A stretch of 64,000 nucleotides of DNA from Eledone cirrhosa (GCA_964016885.1 OZ024748.1:27404001-27468000), one strand, 5' to 3'. Positions 42,896 through 57,423 are shown, counted from the first letter of the stretch. Notes: generated from the letters alone by a model not told the origin. Made by a program: numbers and translations.

Positions 42896-44164
42896 GGGTT
42901 GGACAAAATAATGGAAACAACTTAAAATTTCAAACAAATTTATTTTAATATGGGATATGATCGCCTTTGGCAGTAATTACAGCTTGAATTCTACGAGGTA
43001 TGGACTCCTACAAAGTTTGAATTGTTCCAAAAGGAATTGTTGTCCATTCTTCAGCTAAAACAGTCTCCAGTTCTTGTAGTGATGATAGTGTAGGACATCG
43101 ACTCCTTACTTGTTTTCTCTAAAATACACCATAAATGTTCAATAATATTGAGATCTGGGGACTGTGGTGGCCAGATAAGATGTTCAACTTCACTAGAATG
43201 TTCCTCGTGTCATTCAGTAACAACTTTAGCTGTGTGAATTGGTGCATTATCATCCTGAAAGATTGCGTTTCCCCCCGAAAACAGTTCCGCAACCATAGGA
43301 TGAATTTGATCAAATAAAATGCTTAAATAGTCTTGACTATTAATTCTGCCATGAAGGGAAACCATTGGGCTGGCGAATTTCCAAGATATAGCCCGCCAGA
43401 TCATCACAGATCCTCCTCCATGTTTAACAGTTGGAAGAAGGCAGTCTGGGTCAAATGCTTCTTTTGGCTGTCTCCACACGTATACTAGACCGGTGGTCGG
43501 AAATAAGGTAAAGGATGACTCGTCCGAGAAAATAACATTCTTCCAATGCTCTAGGGACCAATTCTGTAGGTTCTTTTCTCCACTCTAAACGCTTTGCAAC
43601 GTTTGTTTTTGAAAGTAGTGGTTTTCTGATTGCAGCCCTCCCATGAAATCTGGCTTTGTGCAGCTCCCGGCGAACAGTTTTTGTGGAAACTGGGTTCTCG
43701 AGGTGGTCATTAAGCTCTGCAGCAATTTTGGGAGCTGTACTTTTGTGATCCTTTCTAACAATTCGCGTAAGAGTCCGACGGTCCCTATCTGAAAGTTTTG
43801 GTTTTCTTCCGGAGTTTTGTTTCGACGAGGAGGTTTTTCCCTCTTTCTCAAAGGCTGTCATTACTTTCGAGACAGTACTTCTTGATACACCAAACATTTC
43901 GGCTGTTTTCGTTACGCTAGCGCCTGCCATACGAGCACCAACAATTTGACCTCTTTGAAAGTCCGATAGATCTGTCATTTTAATGAATTGTAATTACCCT
44001 TTTCTGAATATATCTGAAAAGAAACAGCAATTTTAACAAAACATATTAAGCAACACTAATAATAAATCAAGAAACATAAAAATAAACAAGCTTTTGACGG
44101 TTTTATAGATATTTCAAAATTATGATGCTATGATGCTAGGTGTTTCCATTATTTTGTCCAACCC

Positions 44165-44167
<3 letters not shown>
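42893..44167 (-). mobile_element. Full-length Tc1/mariner transposon (DD36E, Incomer-like)
   Basis: TIRs CAGGGGTTGGACAAAATAATGGAAACA / TGTTTCCATTATTTTGTCCAACCCCTG, TA on both sides; 1275 bp. Confidence 0.95.
42945..43978 (-). pseudogene. Tc1-family transposase, frameshifted and with in-frame stops
   Basis: MTDLSDFQRGQIVGAR..GRKPKL (paired-like HTH), FSDES, PTVKHGGGSVMIW, FQDDNAPIH, WPPQSPDLNIIEHLW; frameshift near 43575-43585, TGA at 43210-43212. Confidence 0.95.
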
Positions 44168-44204
<37 letters not shown>

Positions 44205-44210
<6 letters not shown>

Positions 44211-44890
44211 CAGAGGATGTCTGTCTGTGTAAATCCCTAAAATTCGAGAAGTACCCGACCGATGTTTTTCAAACTTTACACATGCGTTACTTATATTTCT
44301 TGAAGTGCAATGGGCTAAAATAATTTTAACTTTTTCTGCCCTAGGCGTGATTTCCTCGAAATTTGCAGCACACATTAGTTACCCTCACATTGCTGTGGAC
44401 AAAAAAAATTCTGGTTCCATTAATGGTTTCTAGGAAATTTACGAATTAGCATTGGACATTACATGCCATTTTCATTTTCAATATAAACCCTACTTAAACA
44501 TCGTAAGTAGCGTATAATATTTCGTTAAAAATTTGGTTTATTTAATAGAGGACACATTTACTTACTTTTAAGCAGGACTATTTCGGGGGATTGAGGAAAT
44601 GAGGAGGACCTTAAAATTTTTGTCGGCGCCCTGTTGACGCTTCGTGCTTTCATCACGCACAAATCCGGGCCCTGTGTACGTTGCCGTAAAACTCACGTCT
44701 GTGCTACCTCTACTAAGCCCTCTTTTGTCGCACCTACACCGCAGTATGAACGTCCTGCGCAAGTAGGCCGAACAGCGGTTGTGCTAATTCCGCGGTGACC
44801 CCTTTTGTCGCACCTTTGTTGCTGTGTAAACGCAGTGCAACCAGTGCCGCCCACCGTATGTGCTAATTGCACTATGACCCCCTTCTATAC
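44205..44890 (+). mobile_element. Possible Helitron-like non-autonomous element, 5' part
   Basis: Start TATATAACAGAGGATGTCTGTCTGTGT...CCGACCGATGTTTTTCAAACTTTACACA resembles non-autonomous Helitron heads; no CTAG end seen. Confidence 0.35.
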
Positions 44891-45236
<346 letters not shown>

Positions 45237-45861
45237 TATATATGTATATATATATATACACACACACACACACTTACATAGATATGTTTGTATTTATTTA
45301 CCTATATGTATACATATATGTATACATATATGTGCGTGTGTGTGCATGTGTGTGTGTGTGTACATACTTATATATATTAACACATTAATGTACACACACA
45401 CACGCTCACCCCGTATAAAATATACTGGACAACGCAAAATTCTTAATGTTTTATGCTGGGGAAAAAAAACACACACACATATTTAGCCTCTATGTATGTA
45501 TGAATGTATACATGTTTGTATGTATGTGTGTATATATGTGTGTATGTATGTGTGTGTGTATGTATGTACGTATGAATCTATGTATGTTTGTATGTATGTA
45601 TGTGTGTATGTATGTATGTATGTATGTACGTATGAATCTATGTATGTTTGTATGTATGTATGTATGTATATATGTGTGTATGTATGTGAGTGTGTATGTA
45701 TGTATGTACGTATGAATCTATGTATGTTTGTATGTATGTATGTGTGTATGTATGTGTGTATGTACGTATGAATGTATGTATGTTTGTATGTATGTATGTG
45801 TATGTATGTATGTATGTATGTACGTATATATGAATGTATGTATGAATGTATGAACGTATGT

Positions 45862-45892
<31 letters not shown>

Positions 45893-45960
45893 CATCTATA
45901 TATATTACTTATACATATATATACATATATATTATTTATACATACATATATATACATACA

Positions 45961-45994
<34 letters not shown>

Positions 45995-46502
45995 TGACCA
46001 AAGTTTCTCTAAGTGGAAATCCTGATTTCTTGTCATAATTTAATTACTTTGGTTATTTGATTCTTGTAAAACAAGTTGTATTTTCATTTATTTTTATTTT
46101 TATTCGTATTTCCTTTTTTGTCCCCCTCAAATTCTGTCTCACTTTTCTTCCATAATTTTAGATTTCTCCATATCAATTGTTTCTTAACTTTTATATCATC
46201 TTCCTCAATTTCAACTTTTCTTTCCTTTAAATCAAATTTTGTTCCATAATACTATATTTTCTTCCATAAGTACAATTTTTCCCATAATACTATATTTTCT
46301 TTGATAATTTCAATTTTTTCCTATAATACTGCATTTTGTTACATAATTTCAATTTTGTTCTATAATTACAGTTTTGCTTCAGAATACTATATTTTGTTCT
46401 ATAATTACAATTTTGTTCCATAATACTATATTTTGTTTCATAATACTATATTTTGTTCCATAATTTCAATTTTGTTTCATAATTATAGATTTTATCTTCC
46501 AT

Positions 46503-46671
46503 AGGCGCTGGCTTGGCTGTTTGTTAAGGACTTCGCTTCGTAAACATAGTTCAAGGCTCATTCCCACTACGCGGCTCCACGCCCAAGTCTCTTCCACTTA
46601 AGCGTTGAGGTGACCAATACCTTATGTGTAAAATTTGGTAGAAAATTTGTAGACCGAATCTGTAAAAGACC

Positions 46672-46675
<4 letters not shown>
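46503..46675 (+). mobile_element. Old tRNA/CORE-type SINE
   Basis: GGCGCTGGCTTGGCTGTTTGTTAAG head, degenerate B box, ends in (TA)n. Confidence 0.6.
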
Positions 46676-46715
<40 letters not shown>

Positions 46716-47392
46716 TTTTTCTCAAAAATCTTTTTTCCGTTCCTTCCTCTTCTCACTCTCTATCTTTCTATTTCATCTTTTATTTTCCATCCTATCTTCT
46801 TACTATATCAAACGTTAAGTAGTCGGGTTGGTACGATCGACTCAAAGGTAGTGCTCCAGCATGACTGGAGTATAATGACTAATACAAGTAAAAGACTAAA
46901 AGAAGAAAAGAAACAAACATTTCAACATTTTTCTTTTAATTAAATATTATACCTAAATTTCAATTTGTTTCAATAATTTTAATTTTGTTGGTTAATTCTA
47001 ATTCTGTTCCTAAAATTCCATTCTGAAATTGATATTTCAATATCTTCTTCCACTGCAATATTTCTGTTTCCCATCTCTCTATACTAAGTTTGTTTTTATT
47101 TAAGTTTCTTGTTATATTTGTTAGAGTTTTATATAAATATATAGTACAGGTATTTTCAACTGTTCTGTATAATTATACAATACAAAGTCTGTATATATTC
47201 TATATAATTAAATAGGACAAGGTTTCTGCATATTCTATAAAGTATGTAATACAAAATCTTTATATATTATAAGTAAAGAGTCCAAAGTCTCTCTCTATAT
47301 TCAATAATTACACAGTCCAATGTCTCTATGTATTCTATAAAATTACATAGAACAAGGTTTCTATATAGTTTATATAAGTATAGAATATAGTA

Positions 47393-47535
47393 CGAGGGTC
47401 ACCTCATGGAATAACCAAATGAGGTATATTTTCAACATAGTACCAGAAAAGAAACAATGCATTTATTAATAAGAATTGAAATCAATGAATGCAAGATTTC
47501 ACAGCTCTAGCATCAATCCTTCCTGCCGACCTTCG
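47393..47535. mobile_element. Mariner-type MITE remnant
   Basis: TA|CGAGGGTC ... GACCTTCG|TA. Confidence 0.5.
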
Positions 47536-49014
47536 TATATGTTCTATATAGTTATAAGGTCTACGGTATTTCTATATATGTTATATAAAACATACTACAA
47601 TGTATCCATGTCTTATATAATTACATAGTACAACATCTCTCTTTCTCTCTCTGTTTATGTAATTAGACATCAAACAGTCTCTCACTGTTTTATTCGCTGT
47701 ACTTTCCTGTGTATAAGACGCGCGTTTCTACCAAAAACTTTGATGTCAAAACCTGCCTACGTCCTATATGAATAATAATAGTATTAATAATAATAAAAAT
47801 AATAATGAGGAGGAGGAGGAGGGTGATGATGATAATGAATTACTTTATTTGGCACAAGAGCACCGGATGAAAGGGCCTTTAAAAAGACAGATTACAATAG
47901 GAAGAAATAGATGAGTAACAGGCATACATAGAACACAAGTTAGGTAAATGTAGTAATATAGTATACATACACATATACATGTGTGTGTGTGTGTTTGCAT
48001 GTGTGTGTGTGTATTTCAAATTTCAAACCTCCATTATCTCAGCCAAATCCATCAATCTTTATAATGCACCAGGCAATGAATAATGTTAATGGACAAAGAC
48101 TATATTGGCTTCGTGTTGGCCATATACCCTTAAAATAAACCATATAGACTTCAAACGGGCCATGTACCCTTAAACTATATTCATTCAAGAAAAGATCGTA
48201 TAGAATCACTTCTACGTTGTGGAGACTATCCAGAAATGTTATTCCGTTATTGGCTCCAAGGCAAAAGCTACCAGCCTAAAAGAGACGACATCTTGAAGCT
48301 GGTCTTTAAAAAAACTAACAAGATTAGACATTAAATATATTGTCAAAGATTTGCAAATCATAAATGAGATCTTCCAATATATGAAGCTAGGAAAAGATTC
48401 AACTACAGAAACATTTAACTGTTCTTTTTTCAACATTTGTTCATATTTTTGTCCCCTTCACCCCCCCCCCCCCCCCCCCACTATCTAGCTATTTAGCTAT
48501 CTGTTTTGTTGTTCTTTATTATATTGAGTATTAGATAACTTTCCCAGTCTAACATGAGTTACCAGCTTGACACAGACGTTGAAATTGACTAAATATCACT
48601 CTCTTTCCCACTTTCGCCCTCTCCCCCACAGTCTCTCTCTCTCTCTCTTTCTCCTCTCTCTCTCTCTCCCTCTCTCTCCCTCTCTCTCTCTCTCTCCCTC
48701 TCTCTCTCTCTGAATTATATATGCGTGTGTGAATGATTGGAATACAATTTGTATGCAGGTGATCGATTGAAGTATGACGTCAACCTTAAGAGTTGAAAAC
48801 ATAGATACCGTATCCGGTTGACGTCATACATGTCACAAACAACCAACCTATCCACATATTTAGATTTTTAATTCTATTTTCATTCACACCCACTGAAGAT
48901 CTACATTGATATCTTTTGTGAAACTATGGCCTGGCATACATACACATATACACATACATACATACATGCATACATACATACATACATACATACATACATA
49001 CATACATACATACA

Positions 49015-49043
<29 letters not shown>

Positions 49044-49045
<2 letters not shown>

Positions 49046-49464
49046 GGTGGCTGCCAACTCGTTTTCGAGTACGGCCATTACTTTATATCCATGTAGGAGA
49101 ACCCCTACCGATGCGCTGAACGAGTGTGACGTTTTAGTCCAGCCAGCGACTTGAAAACTCTGGAACAAACACTTGTGACAATTATTGACACATAGTGCTG
49201 GGCAAATGGTACCATGTGACGACAAGTGCAGAGAGATCTCCAGATATAAAGCAATGCCTGTGCCGTGAAGCTTTTATAGTGAGCAAAGGCTCTGCACAAA
49301 GCCAGTCCCACTCTCTTAACCAAGATGATATTTACCAAAAAGAAGAAGTCAACATCATTGGATACCATCAGGGTTGCAGGTGTTATATCAGAGTTTTCCT
49401 TCTCCTAGAATTCTGCCTTGACAAAGGCTAAGGGGTCATCTCATTTTGGATGGCCATTGACTCA
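49044..49464 (-). mobile_element. RTE-derived element
   Basis: Same family; [19 protein letters not shown] remnant; ends in TTTTGGATGGCCATTGACTC shared with the 35315/39106 head. Confidence 0.75.
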
Positions 49465-49678
49465 TTCATACATATATATATATACACACAAACATACATG
49501 CATGCATATATGCATATATACAACATACATACAGACAGACATACATATAGACATACATGCATCCATCCATCCATCCATACATACATACATCAAAACACTT
49601 TTCCAAATATATCAAGCCTGTCTTTTCTTATATAAATATACATACACAATTGTATGCACACGCACACACATATATATG

Positions 49679-49781
<103 letters not shown>

Positions 49782-49792
49782 ATATATCTGTT

Positions 49793-49823
49793 CTCCTTAT
49801 GAAGGGCTAATGTCCGAAACGTC
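49793..49823 (+). ncRNA. Degenerate minimal hammerhead
   Basis: CTTATGA-A-GGGC/TAAT/GTCC-GAAACGTC; G5 mutated, stem I lost. Confidence 0.5.
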
Positions 49824-49911
49824 GTCCCCTACCCCCCACTCTCAAGTGTGAAACTAAAAACAATACCATTTGTACTGCCTCTCCGTTTTTTGTTCTCTGT
49901 CCATTTAATCA

Positions 49912-49969
<58 letters not shown>

Positions 49970-50030
49970 TATATGGGTGTGTGTATGTGTGTGTGTGTGT
50001 CTGTGTCTGTGTGTGTGCCTGTGTGTGTGG

Positions 50031-50295
50031 AATAAAAAGTACGATTTGTTGTGTCTTCATTACGCTTATTGAGTAGTGACGCGCGTTTCGCTATTGATCA
50101 GCTCAAGATTCGATCTGTATCGATCTAGCCCGACTCTGGAATACAAAGCTCGTCGGACCTCTGCTGTGGTAAAGACAGTCACTACCCAATAAATGAAATG
50201 AAGACATAACAAATCGTCCTTATTATTGTTATAATTACACCCTGCTTAGTTCTACACCTACAGTGAACCTACAGTGACTGGACGTTACATTCCCT
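50031..50295. mobile_element. Decayed fold-back element with hammerhead 3' half
   Basis: Arms 50031-50080 / 50178-50227; minus strand GCT/GATCAAT/AGC-GAAACGCGCGTC-AC; right tail to (TA)n. Confidence 0.65.
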
Positions 50296-51121
50296 ATATA
50301 TAATATATATTTGTGAAATGGGTGGTGGTTGAAATTCATATGTGCACGGTTAAATGGTAGTAGACGTGGTCGGACGGACATGAAAATTTACACACCTATG
50401 TAAAAAGTGCCAAGGAAGCAAATAGACGAGGTTTCAAATCTCTAACTTGAAAAATGTGGTCCCTAGGGCCCCCAAATGGTCTATTTACTATCGCGTTCAG
50501 TGAGTTATTTCCCCCTGTTCTAATACTTGGCTGAGTTATTTACAATTTCATACAAATTTTTAAACTCATCAACGTTCTTTCGCTGTTAACATACAGTACC
50601 AATAATTTGAAAAATATTATTGAAAGTTTATTATAAAGAAGCAGTTTCAGGAAAAAGTGTAAACTACCATACAAACCTTCATAATATGCATTTTTAAATT
50701 TGCATATCATCGACATTGTTATTTCGCTGTTAATAAACTATCATCCTTCTACATTTAACGATCATACTGTACCGTTTTATGAAATCTATTCTGCAGTACG
50801 GAGACTGTTTTCCATCAAAAGAAATAAAACCCTTAAATTGCGAAGAAGGGACGCGTGTTTTTATTTTAATTCTAATACATGTTAACCACCACTAACAGTA
50901 AGTAGTATTTTTCAAATTGCATATCATCGACATTGCTATTTCGCTGTTAATAAACAACGCTTTTCACGTCGCTCCACTTCTCATTGTACGCCGTCCAGCC
51001 CCAAGTGCATATTTCTATTTATTTTCCTGAAACTGCTTCTTTATAATAAACTTTCAATAATATTTTTCAAATTATTAACTTAATAAAAAGTGGCCCCGGG
51101 TGCAACCGGGCTCAGCTGCTA

Positions 51122-51122
<1 letters not shown>
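50296..51122 (+). mobile_element. Helitron-like element
   Basis: 3' hairpin GCCCCGGGTGCAACCGGGC then TCAGCTG-CTAG|T; internal inverted repeat 50602-50655/51022-51075; 5' boundary uncertain. Confidence 0.5.
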
Positions 51123-51160
<38 letters not shown>

Positions 51161-51163
<3 letters not shown>

Positions 51164-51555
51164 CGGGTAAATTTCCCGAGATCCATGGACGAGTTCGCTC
51201 CAGCGGTCTCTGCCCCTCATTATCATTGCCATGTCCTACGTCTCCAACAGATCAGTGTCTGTCCTTAGAGCATCAACATACGTTAACCTTGGTCTTCCTC
51301 TTCCAGTTTGTCCATGCAGGGGCTCCCACAGGAGCACTGAGTGCAATATCAACTCTGGATTTCGGTGAGCATGTCCAGCTAACCTCAGTCTCCTCTGAGC
51401 TGACTTTTGGGAGGCTCCCATACAGCTCTGAGTTTTTCATCCTCAGTGTATACTGATTAATAGTCGGACCTTCGGGAAGACCTGAAGATCCGCCTCTTCA
51501 TTGCTGTAGTGGAGACTGTGCTGGAGTACGGGTCTGAGACTTGGACACTGACCAA

Positions 51556-51557
<2 letters not shown>
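51161..51557 (-). pseudogene. RTE-clade LINE ORF2 3' fragment with inverted 5' piece
   Basis: Minus: ELYGSLPKVS..QRRLRLAGHAHRNPELILHSVLLWEPLHGQTGRGRPRLTYVDAL; plus 51463-51556: DLKIRLFIAVVETVLEYGSETWTLTK. Confidence 0.85.
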
Positions 51558-51625
<68 letters not shown>

Positions 51626-51633
<8 letters not shown>

Positions 51634-51807
51634 TTATTTATTAAAATAACAGATTAAAGTTTAAGCAAAGAATCGCTGCTTTCACCCAATCTTTAATCTG
51701 TTATTTTAATAAATATTTGCTCTACGGTTCTTATATATTTGATATATATTTATCCTTATCGAGCCCTCTTTGTATTTTAGTCTTCAAATTTATTATTATT
51801 ACTATGT
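51626..51807. mobile_element. Short fold-back remnant with tail
   Basis: TTTATTAAAATAACAGATTAAAG / CTTTAATCTGTTATTTTAATAAA arms, ~95-nt right tail, (TA)n both sides. Confidence 0.6.
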
Positions 51808-51809
51808 AT

Positions 51810-51887
<78 letters not shown>

Positions 51888-52047
51888 TCACACACAGCGG
51901 GTGCTGAAAAGTTCCTGCATTGGGTAAATGAAGATACAGGAGTTAATTGTGAAAAGTGCCCAAGACACGCCGTGCGACGGTACTTCTTCAACTCCACCAA
52001 GAGTTGTGGGATCTTTATCCTTTTATCCTTATATATAAATAAAGATC

Positions 52048-52078
<31 letters not shown>

Positions 52079-52087
52079 TTATATATT

Positions 52088-52137
<50 letters not shown>

Positions 52138-52264
52138 TATACATATATATGTGTGTCTATACACACATATACATATATATGTGTATGTGTGGTGGAACTG
52201 GTAGTAGTAGAAGCAGCAGCAGTAGTAGTAGTAGAAGCAGCAGCAGCAGTAGTAGTAGTAGTAA

Positions 52265-52363
<99 letters not shown>

Positions 52364-52601
52364 CTACGGTGGTATTTGTGAGGTTGAGTGGGGATGGGGG
52401 TGGACGTGATAGTAATGGTTGTACAGATTGTAGAGGTTGTAGTATTGACAGTAGTGGTTGTGGCTGTAATGGTAGTAGTAGTAGTGGTGGTGGCAGTTAA
52501 GGTAGTGCACGTGACTATTTAATGTGAAAGTTGCGGCGCTAGTTGTAATGCCTGAGGTAGTATTCTATTTCTAGCTTGCTTTATTGGTGTGGTAGTGGTG
52601 C

Positions 52602-52706
<105 letters not shown>

Positions 52707-53678
52707 AAGGAGGAGGAGGAAGAGAAAGAGGTGCATCTGTTGCTATAAAGTTGTGGTGCCATTTGTAGTACCAATAATACTAACTGAAGCTAGTAGACTA
52801 TAGTATGGTGTTAGTGTGGTGGTAGTGAAGAGGTTGATGGTGATGATGGTTGTGGTGGCGGTGGTAATGTATATAGGGGTTGTGACAGTGAAGGATGTTT
52901 TGGTGATGGTTGTTGTGGAGGGGATGTTGGAGGTGGTGGTGGTGGTGGTGGTGGTAAGGTGATGGTGGTAGTGGTGGTGGTAAGGTGATGGTGGTGGTGG
53001 TGGTGGTGGTAAGGTGGTGGTGGTGGTAAGGTGGTGGTGGTGGTGGTGGTAAGATGATGGTGGTGGTGGTGGTGGTGGAGATGGTAAGGTGATGGTAGTG
53101 GTGGTGGTGGTAATGTGATGGTAGTGGTGGTGGTGGTGGTGGTGGTGGAGGTGGCTGATGGTGATGGTGGTGGTGGTGAGGTGGTGCTGGTGGTGGTGGT
53201 GGTGGTGGTGGTGGTGGTGGTAAGGTGATGGTGGTGGTGGTGGTGGTGGTAAGGTGATGGTAGTGGTGGTGGTGGTGGTGGTGGTAAGGTGATGGTAGTG
53301 GTGGTGGTGGTGGTGGTGGTGGTGGTGGTGGTGGTAAGGTGATGGTAGTGGTGGTGGTGGTGGTAAGGTGATGGTAGTGGTGGTGGTGGTGGTGGTAAGG
53401 TGATGGTGGTGGTGCTGGTGGTGGTGGTGGTGGTGATGGAGGAGGGGATAGTAGTGGTCGTCGTGGTTGTGACCCAAGTTGTAGTTAGTATCATACAATT
53501 TGAATAATAGCAGTGTTGCTGAAGTCATTACTACTACCACCACTAATACTACTACAATCACGTCTATACCGCCACCAATATTACTAACGCTACTACCATT
53601 ACTGCTACTACTACTACTACTACTACCATTACTACTATTACTACTACTATCATCAGAAACACCACCAGCAGCAACAAC

Positions 53679-53768
<90 letters not shown>

Positions 53769-53796
53769 TGTAACACCAGCAGCAGCAGCAATGTGG

Positions 53797-53839
53797 ATCC
53801 CACAGTGGTTGGAAGATTGTGTGTAGTTCCAGTGGATTG

Positions 53840-53900
<61 letters not shown>

Positions 53901-53964
53901 TCCCACAGTGGTTGGAAGATAGTGATGTGTAGATCCAGTGGATTGACTACTACTACTACTACTA

Positions 53965-54015
<51 letters not shown>

Positions 54016-54061
54016 TCCCACAGTGGTTGGAAGATAGTGACGTGTAGATCCAGTGGATTGC
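53797..54061. repeat. Three copies of a ~48-bp unit separated by (TAC)n
   Basis: ATCCCACAGTGGTTGGAAGAT...CCAGTGGATTG x3. Confidence 0.9.
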
Positions 54062-54258
54062 TAAGTATTGATTAGCGGCACCTACTTCTATGAGGTGGAC
54101 TGGACATAGTTATTGATCCAAACATACATTATATACATTTTATACAGACAGATTGACAGATATATAGATAAATAGAGAGGTAGATAGCGAGATAGAGACA
54201 GAGAGAGAGAGTGAGAGAGAGTGAGAGAGAGATACATTCACACACACGTACACACACA

Positions 54259-54331
<73 letters not shown>

Positions 54332-54336
54332 TATAT

Positions 54337-54490
54337 AAAGGAAGTGTGGTAAGGAACCAGATGGACCATAACGCACCAGAGTACTCAATACTTAGGGTAG
54401 TAGAGGGGGAAATAGGAAAAAGTATGACCCCGACGGCAGAGCTCAAGCCGTTTCGACGGCTATTTCTGGAAATAGAAATAGCCCTCGAAA
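54337..54490. mobile_element. Family A element (copy 8, short arm abbreviated)
   Basis: Long arm (-) plus AGAAATAGCCCTCGAAA. Confidence 0.85.
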
Positions 54491-54558
54491 TATATATATA
54501 CACGCACACACACACATTTTTATATATATTTATATACATCATGCCTATTTTGTGTATA

Positions 54559-54616
<58 letters not shown>

Positions 54617-54631
54617 TGTGTATGTGTGTGT

Positions 54632-54677
<46 letters not shown>

Positions 54678-54910
54678 TTAAGAATGTATTTATGTATAAA
54701 GGTACATATTCGTTGGATTTTTGTCTCTTTACTAACCAAAGCATTTCAATTAACTGAAAATATCTTTGCCTGCGTAATTCTTATTTCGTCAATTTCGTGC
54801 TTGTTGGCACATTTCAATTATCTCCCTAGTCCCATGTTACTTTTTAATCATGCAAGTTATACTGGTAATTTACTTTGCATATTTAAAAGGGCTTTGTAGA
54901 TTTCATGAAT

Positions 54911-55044
54911 CTATATTATACTGATGAGTGCAACAAGCTGAAACATTTCCATGCTTGTGTCTTTCTTGCAACGACACTCCCTAAATTATGTGTATTAAGT
55001 TTGAGGAATTAATTCTTAATTTCTTTGAATTTATCTCCTCGTTA
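54911..55044 (+). ncRNA. Degenerate hammerhead plus tail
   Basis: CTGATGA-GTGCAACAAGCT-GAAA-CAT/TTCC/ATG; ends CTCCTCGTT|ATATA like family A (CTCCTTCGTT|ATATA). Confidence 0.45.
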
Positions 55045-55230
55045 TATATATATATATACACACACATTGACAATACATACATACATACATAAATACACAT
55101 ATATATATATATAAGTAAATATGTTTTAAAACGGTGAGCAGGTTTGAAATTAGAAAATAGAATAGCTTTCACCGTATTTTTTTACTAAAGAAATTTTAGT
55201 CTAATAATGGGGTTTAGAACCCTCAGATAA

Positions 55231-55292
<62 letters not shown>

Positions 55293-55392
55293 TGTCTCAT
55301 TGGGGGATCCAGCGGGATTAATTGAAGACGTTTTCTTCCCACAGGCGCCGCTGGAAGGAGCATTTGAGGACTCTACAACCTCCTTCCTCCCG

Positions 55393-55522
55393 AGAAGAAG
55401 AAGAAGAAGAAGAAGAAGAAGAAGAAGAAGAAGAAGAAGAAGAAGAAAAAGAAAAAGAAGAAGAAGAAGAAGAAGAAGAAGAAGAAGAAGAAGAAGAAGA
55501 AGAAGAAGAAGAAGAAGAAGAA
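55393..55522. repeat. (GAA)n microsatellite
   Basis: Directly visible. Confidence 0.95.
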
Positions 55523-55957
55523 GGTGGAGGAGGAGGTATATATGAGGGTGTATGTGTGTGTAGGCACACACATATGCAAAACATAATTTATAACTACTGT
55601 TACGTACATACTGACAAAGAATAGATGGACATAGGATTTCACTGACCTTGTCAGGTCATTCAGTACAGTCGACCATAAAATTAATTGAATGATATCTTGG
55701 TCCGGATGAATGATCTCCCTTTACATTTACATAAATATGATAAATATATCAAACTCTGCACACACCTAACACAAGAGGTTATTGAATACGTTTATGTTTT
55801 TTTAACACATAATAAACAAAAACATTACACCTCACACACTCACACACACTTTCAAATATATGCATACACACACACACATATATATATATGTATATATAGA
55901 GAGATATAGATAGATAGATAGATAGATATATAGATAGATAGATGCATATATATATAT

Positions 55958-55989
<32 letters not shown>

Positions 55990-56016
55990 TGTGAGAGAGA
56001 GAGAGAGAGACATATT

Positions 56017-56071
<55 letters not shown>

Positions 56072-56679
56072 TCGCGATATGATAATTGTGCCACACCCTC
56101 CGGATGCATGCAGTTCATATAAACTCATGCCACATTAGTTGTGTGAGTTTATTACAGTTCCATAGGCAGCACGTATATATCTGATCATTCCAAGTGAAAA
56201 GTGTTGGTTGATAAAGCAATCGACCGATTGTAGTGTAAACAGGCGTAAGCACACGACGTCGTGGGTACCTTAAGGTATATCTATAAGGTATCAAACGGCG
56301 TCTCAATTTTATAAAAAGAAGAGGCAGCATCACGTATACATCCTCTGTTTTTATTTTTTAAACTTTCGACCCAATGCCAGCACAGGACAGGAAAGGTGGA
56401 AAATTTATGCACAGAACACAAAATGGTCGAACAGATACCAAAAGACATCTCATCTTGTGCTCTAACTATTCCATCATTTCGTATCTATCTTTCCATATTG
56501 ATATAATTATGGTTTCCAATTGCCTTAACATGAGCGCAAGTAAATCTACACCAAGAGAGAAGAGAGAATAATACGATCGACAAGTTCTCAGACCTCATTC
56601 GAGTGGAACTCTTCAAATTAGAATTAAAAATAAAAAAACAATGTTTCAATTTGTCTTTTTCATTGCTGATACTATCTAC

Positions 56680-56800
56680 AGGTCGCAACGTAAAATAAAC
56701 TATCTTGCTCAAGGCAAATACGCATTGCCCGGTCCGAGAATCAAACTCGTAATTTCACGATTGCGAATCCAAATCTCTAACCACCAAGCCACGCGCCTTC
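56680..56800 (-). mobile_element. tRNA/CORE-type SINE head
   Basis: Minus strand GAAGGCGCGTGGCTTGGTGGTTAGA (A box) ... GAGTTTGATTCTCGG (B box) ... CTTGAGCAAGATA. Confidence 0.65.
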
Positions 56801-57103
56801 ATAAATCTACACGAAACCAATCCATAATGCTACAATTACCCACACCTATCAGGTACATACCACACAAGACATGAAGTAAAAACTAATTTTGCCCTCCAAA
56901 ACCATGTTCAAATAACCCCAGTGTAAAATCAACCACCCTGCACGGGGACGATGGACGTCATCAGGCTGCAGCCGTTCTATTACGTTATTTCTATATCATT
57001 GTGTGTGTGCCTGTGTGTCTGAGTACATATGCATACTTACATACACACACACACACACACACATACTCATACACATACACACACACACACACTCATATAT
57101 ATA

Positions 57104-57146
<43 letters not shown>

Positions 57147-57154
57147 TAATTCTA

Positions 57155-57245
<91 letters not shown>

Positions 57246-57280
57246 CATACATACACACACACATATATATATATATTCTA

Positions 57281-57421
57281 ATTTAGTCCAGAAATAGCCG
57301 TCGAAACGGCTTGAGCTCTGCCGTCGGGGTCATACTTTTTCCTATTTCCCACTCTACTACTCTAAGTATTGAGTACTCTGGTGCGTTATGGTCCATCTGG
57401 TTCCTTACCACAACTCCTTTG

Positions 57422-57423
<2 letters not shown>
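57281..57423 (+). mobile_element. Family A element (copy 9, long arm only)
   Basis: ATTTAGTCCAGAAATAGCCGTCGAAAC...CTCCTTTGTT|ATATA. Confidence 0.85.

Noticed and set aside
47698-47770. GACGCGCGTTTC as a hammerhead half
   Set aside because: No stem II or CTGANGA; context TTTCCTGTGTATAAGACGC fits a pogo/mariner-type terminal repeat better.
53797-54061. Repeats with spacers
   Set aside because: Spacers are (TAC)n; simple local duplication.
55335-55392. Possible exon after TTTTCTTCCCACAG
   Set aside because: Runs into (GAA)n; RWKEH resembles a LINE ORF2 scrap; no partner exons.
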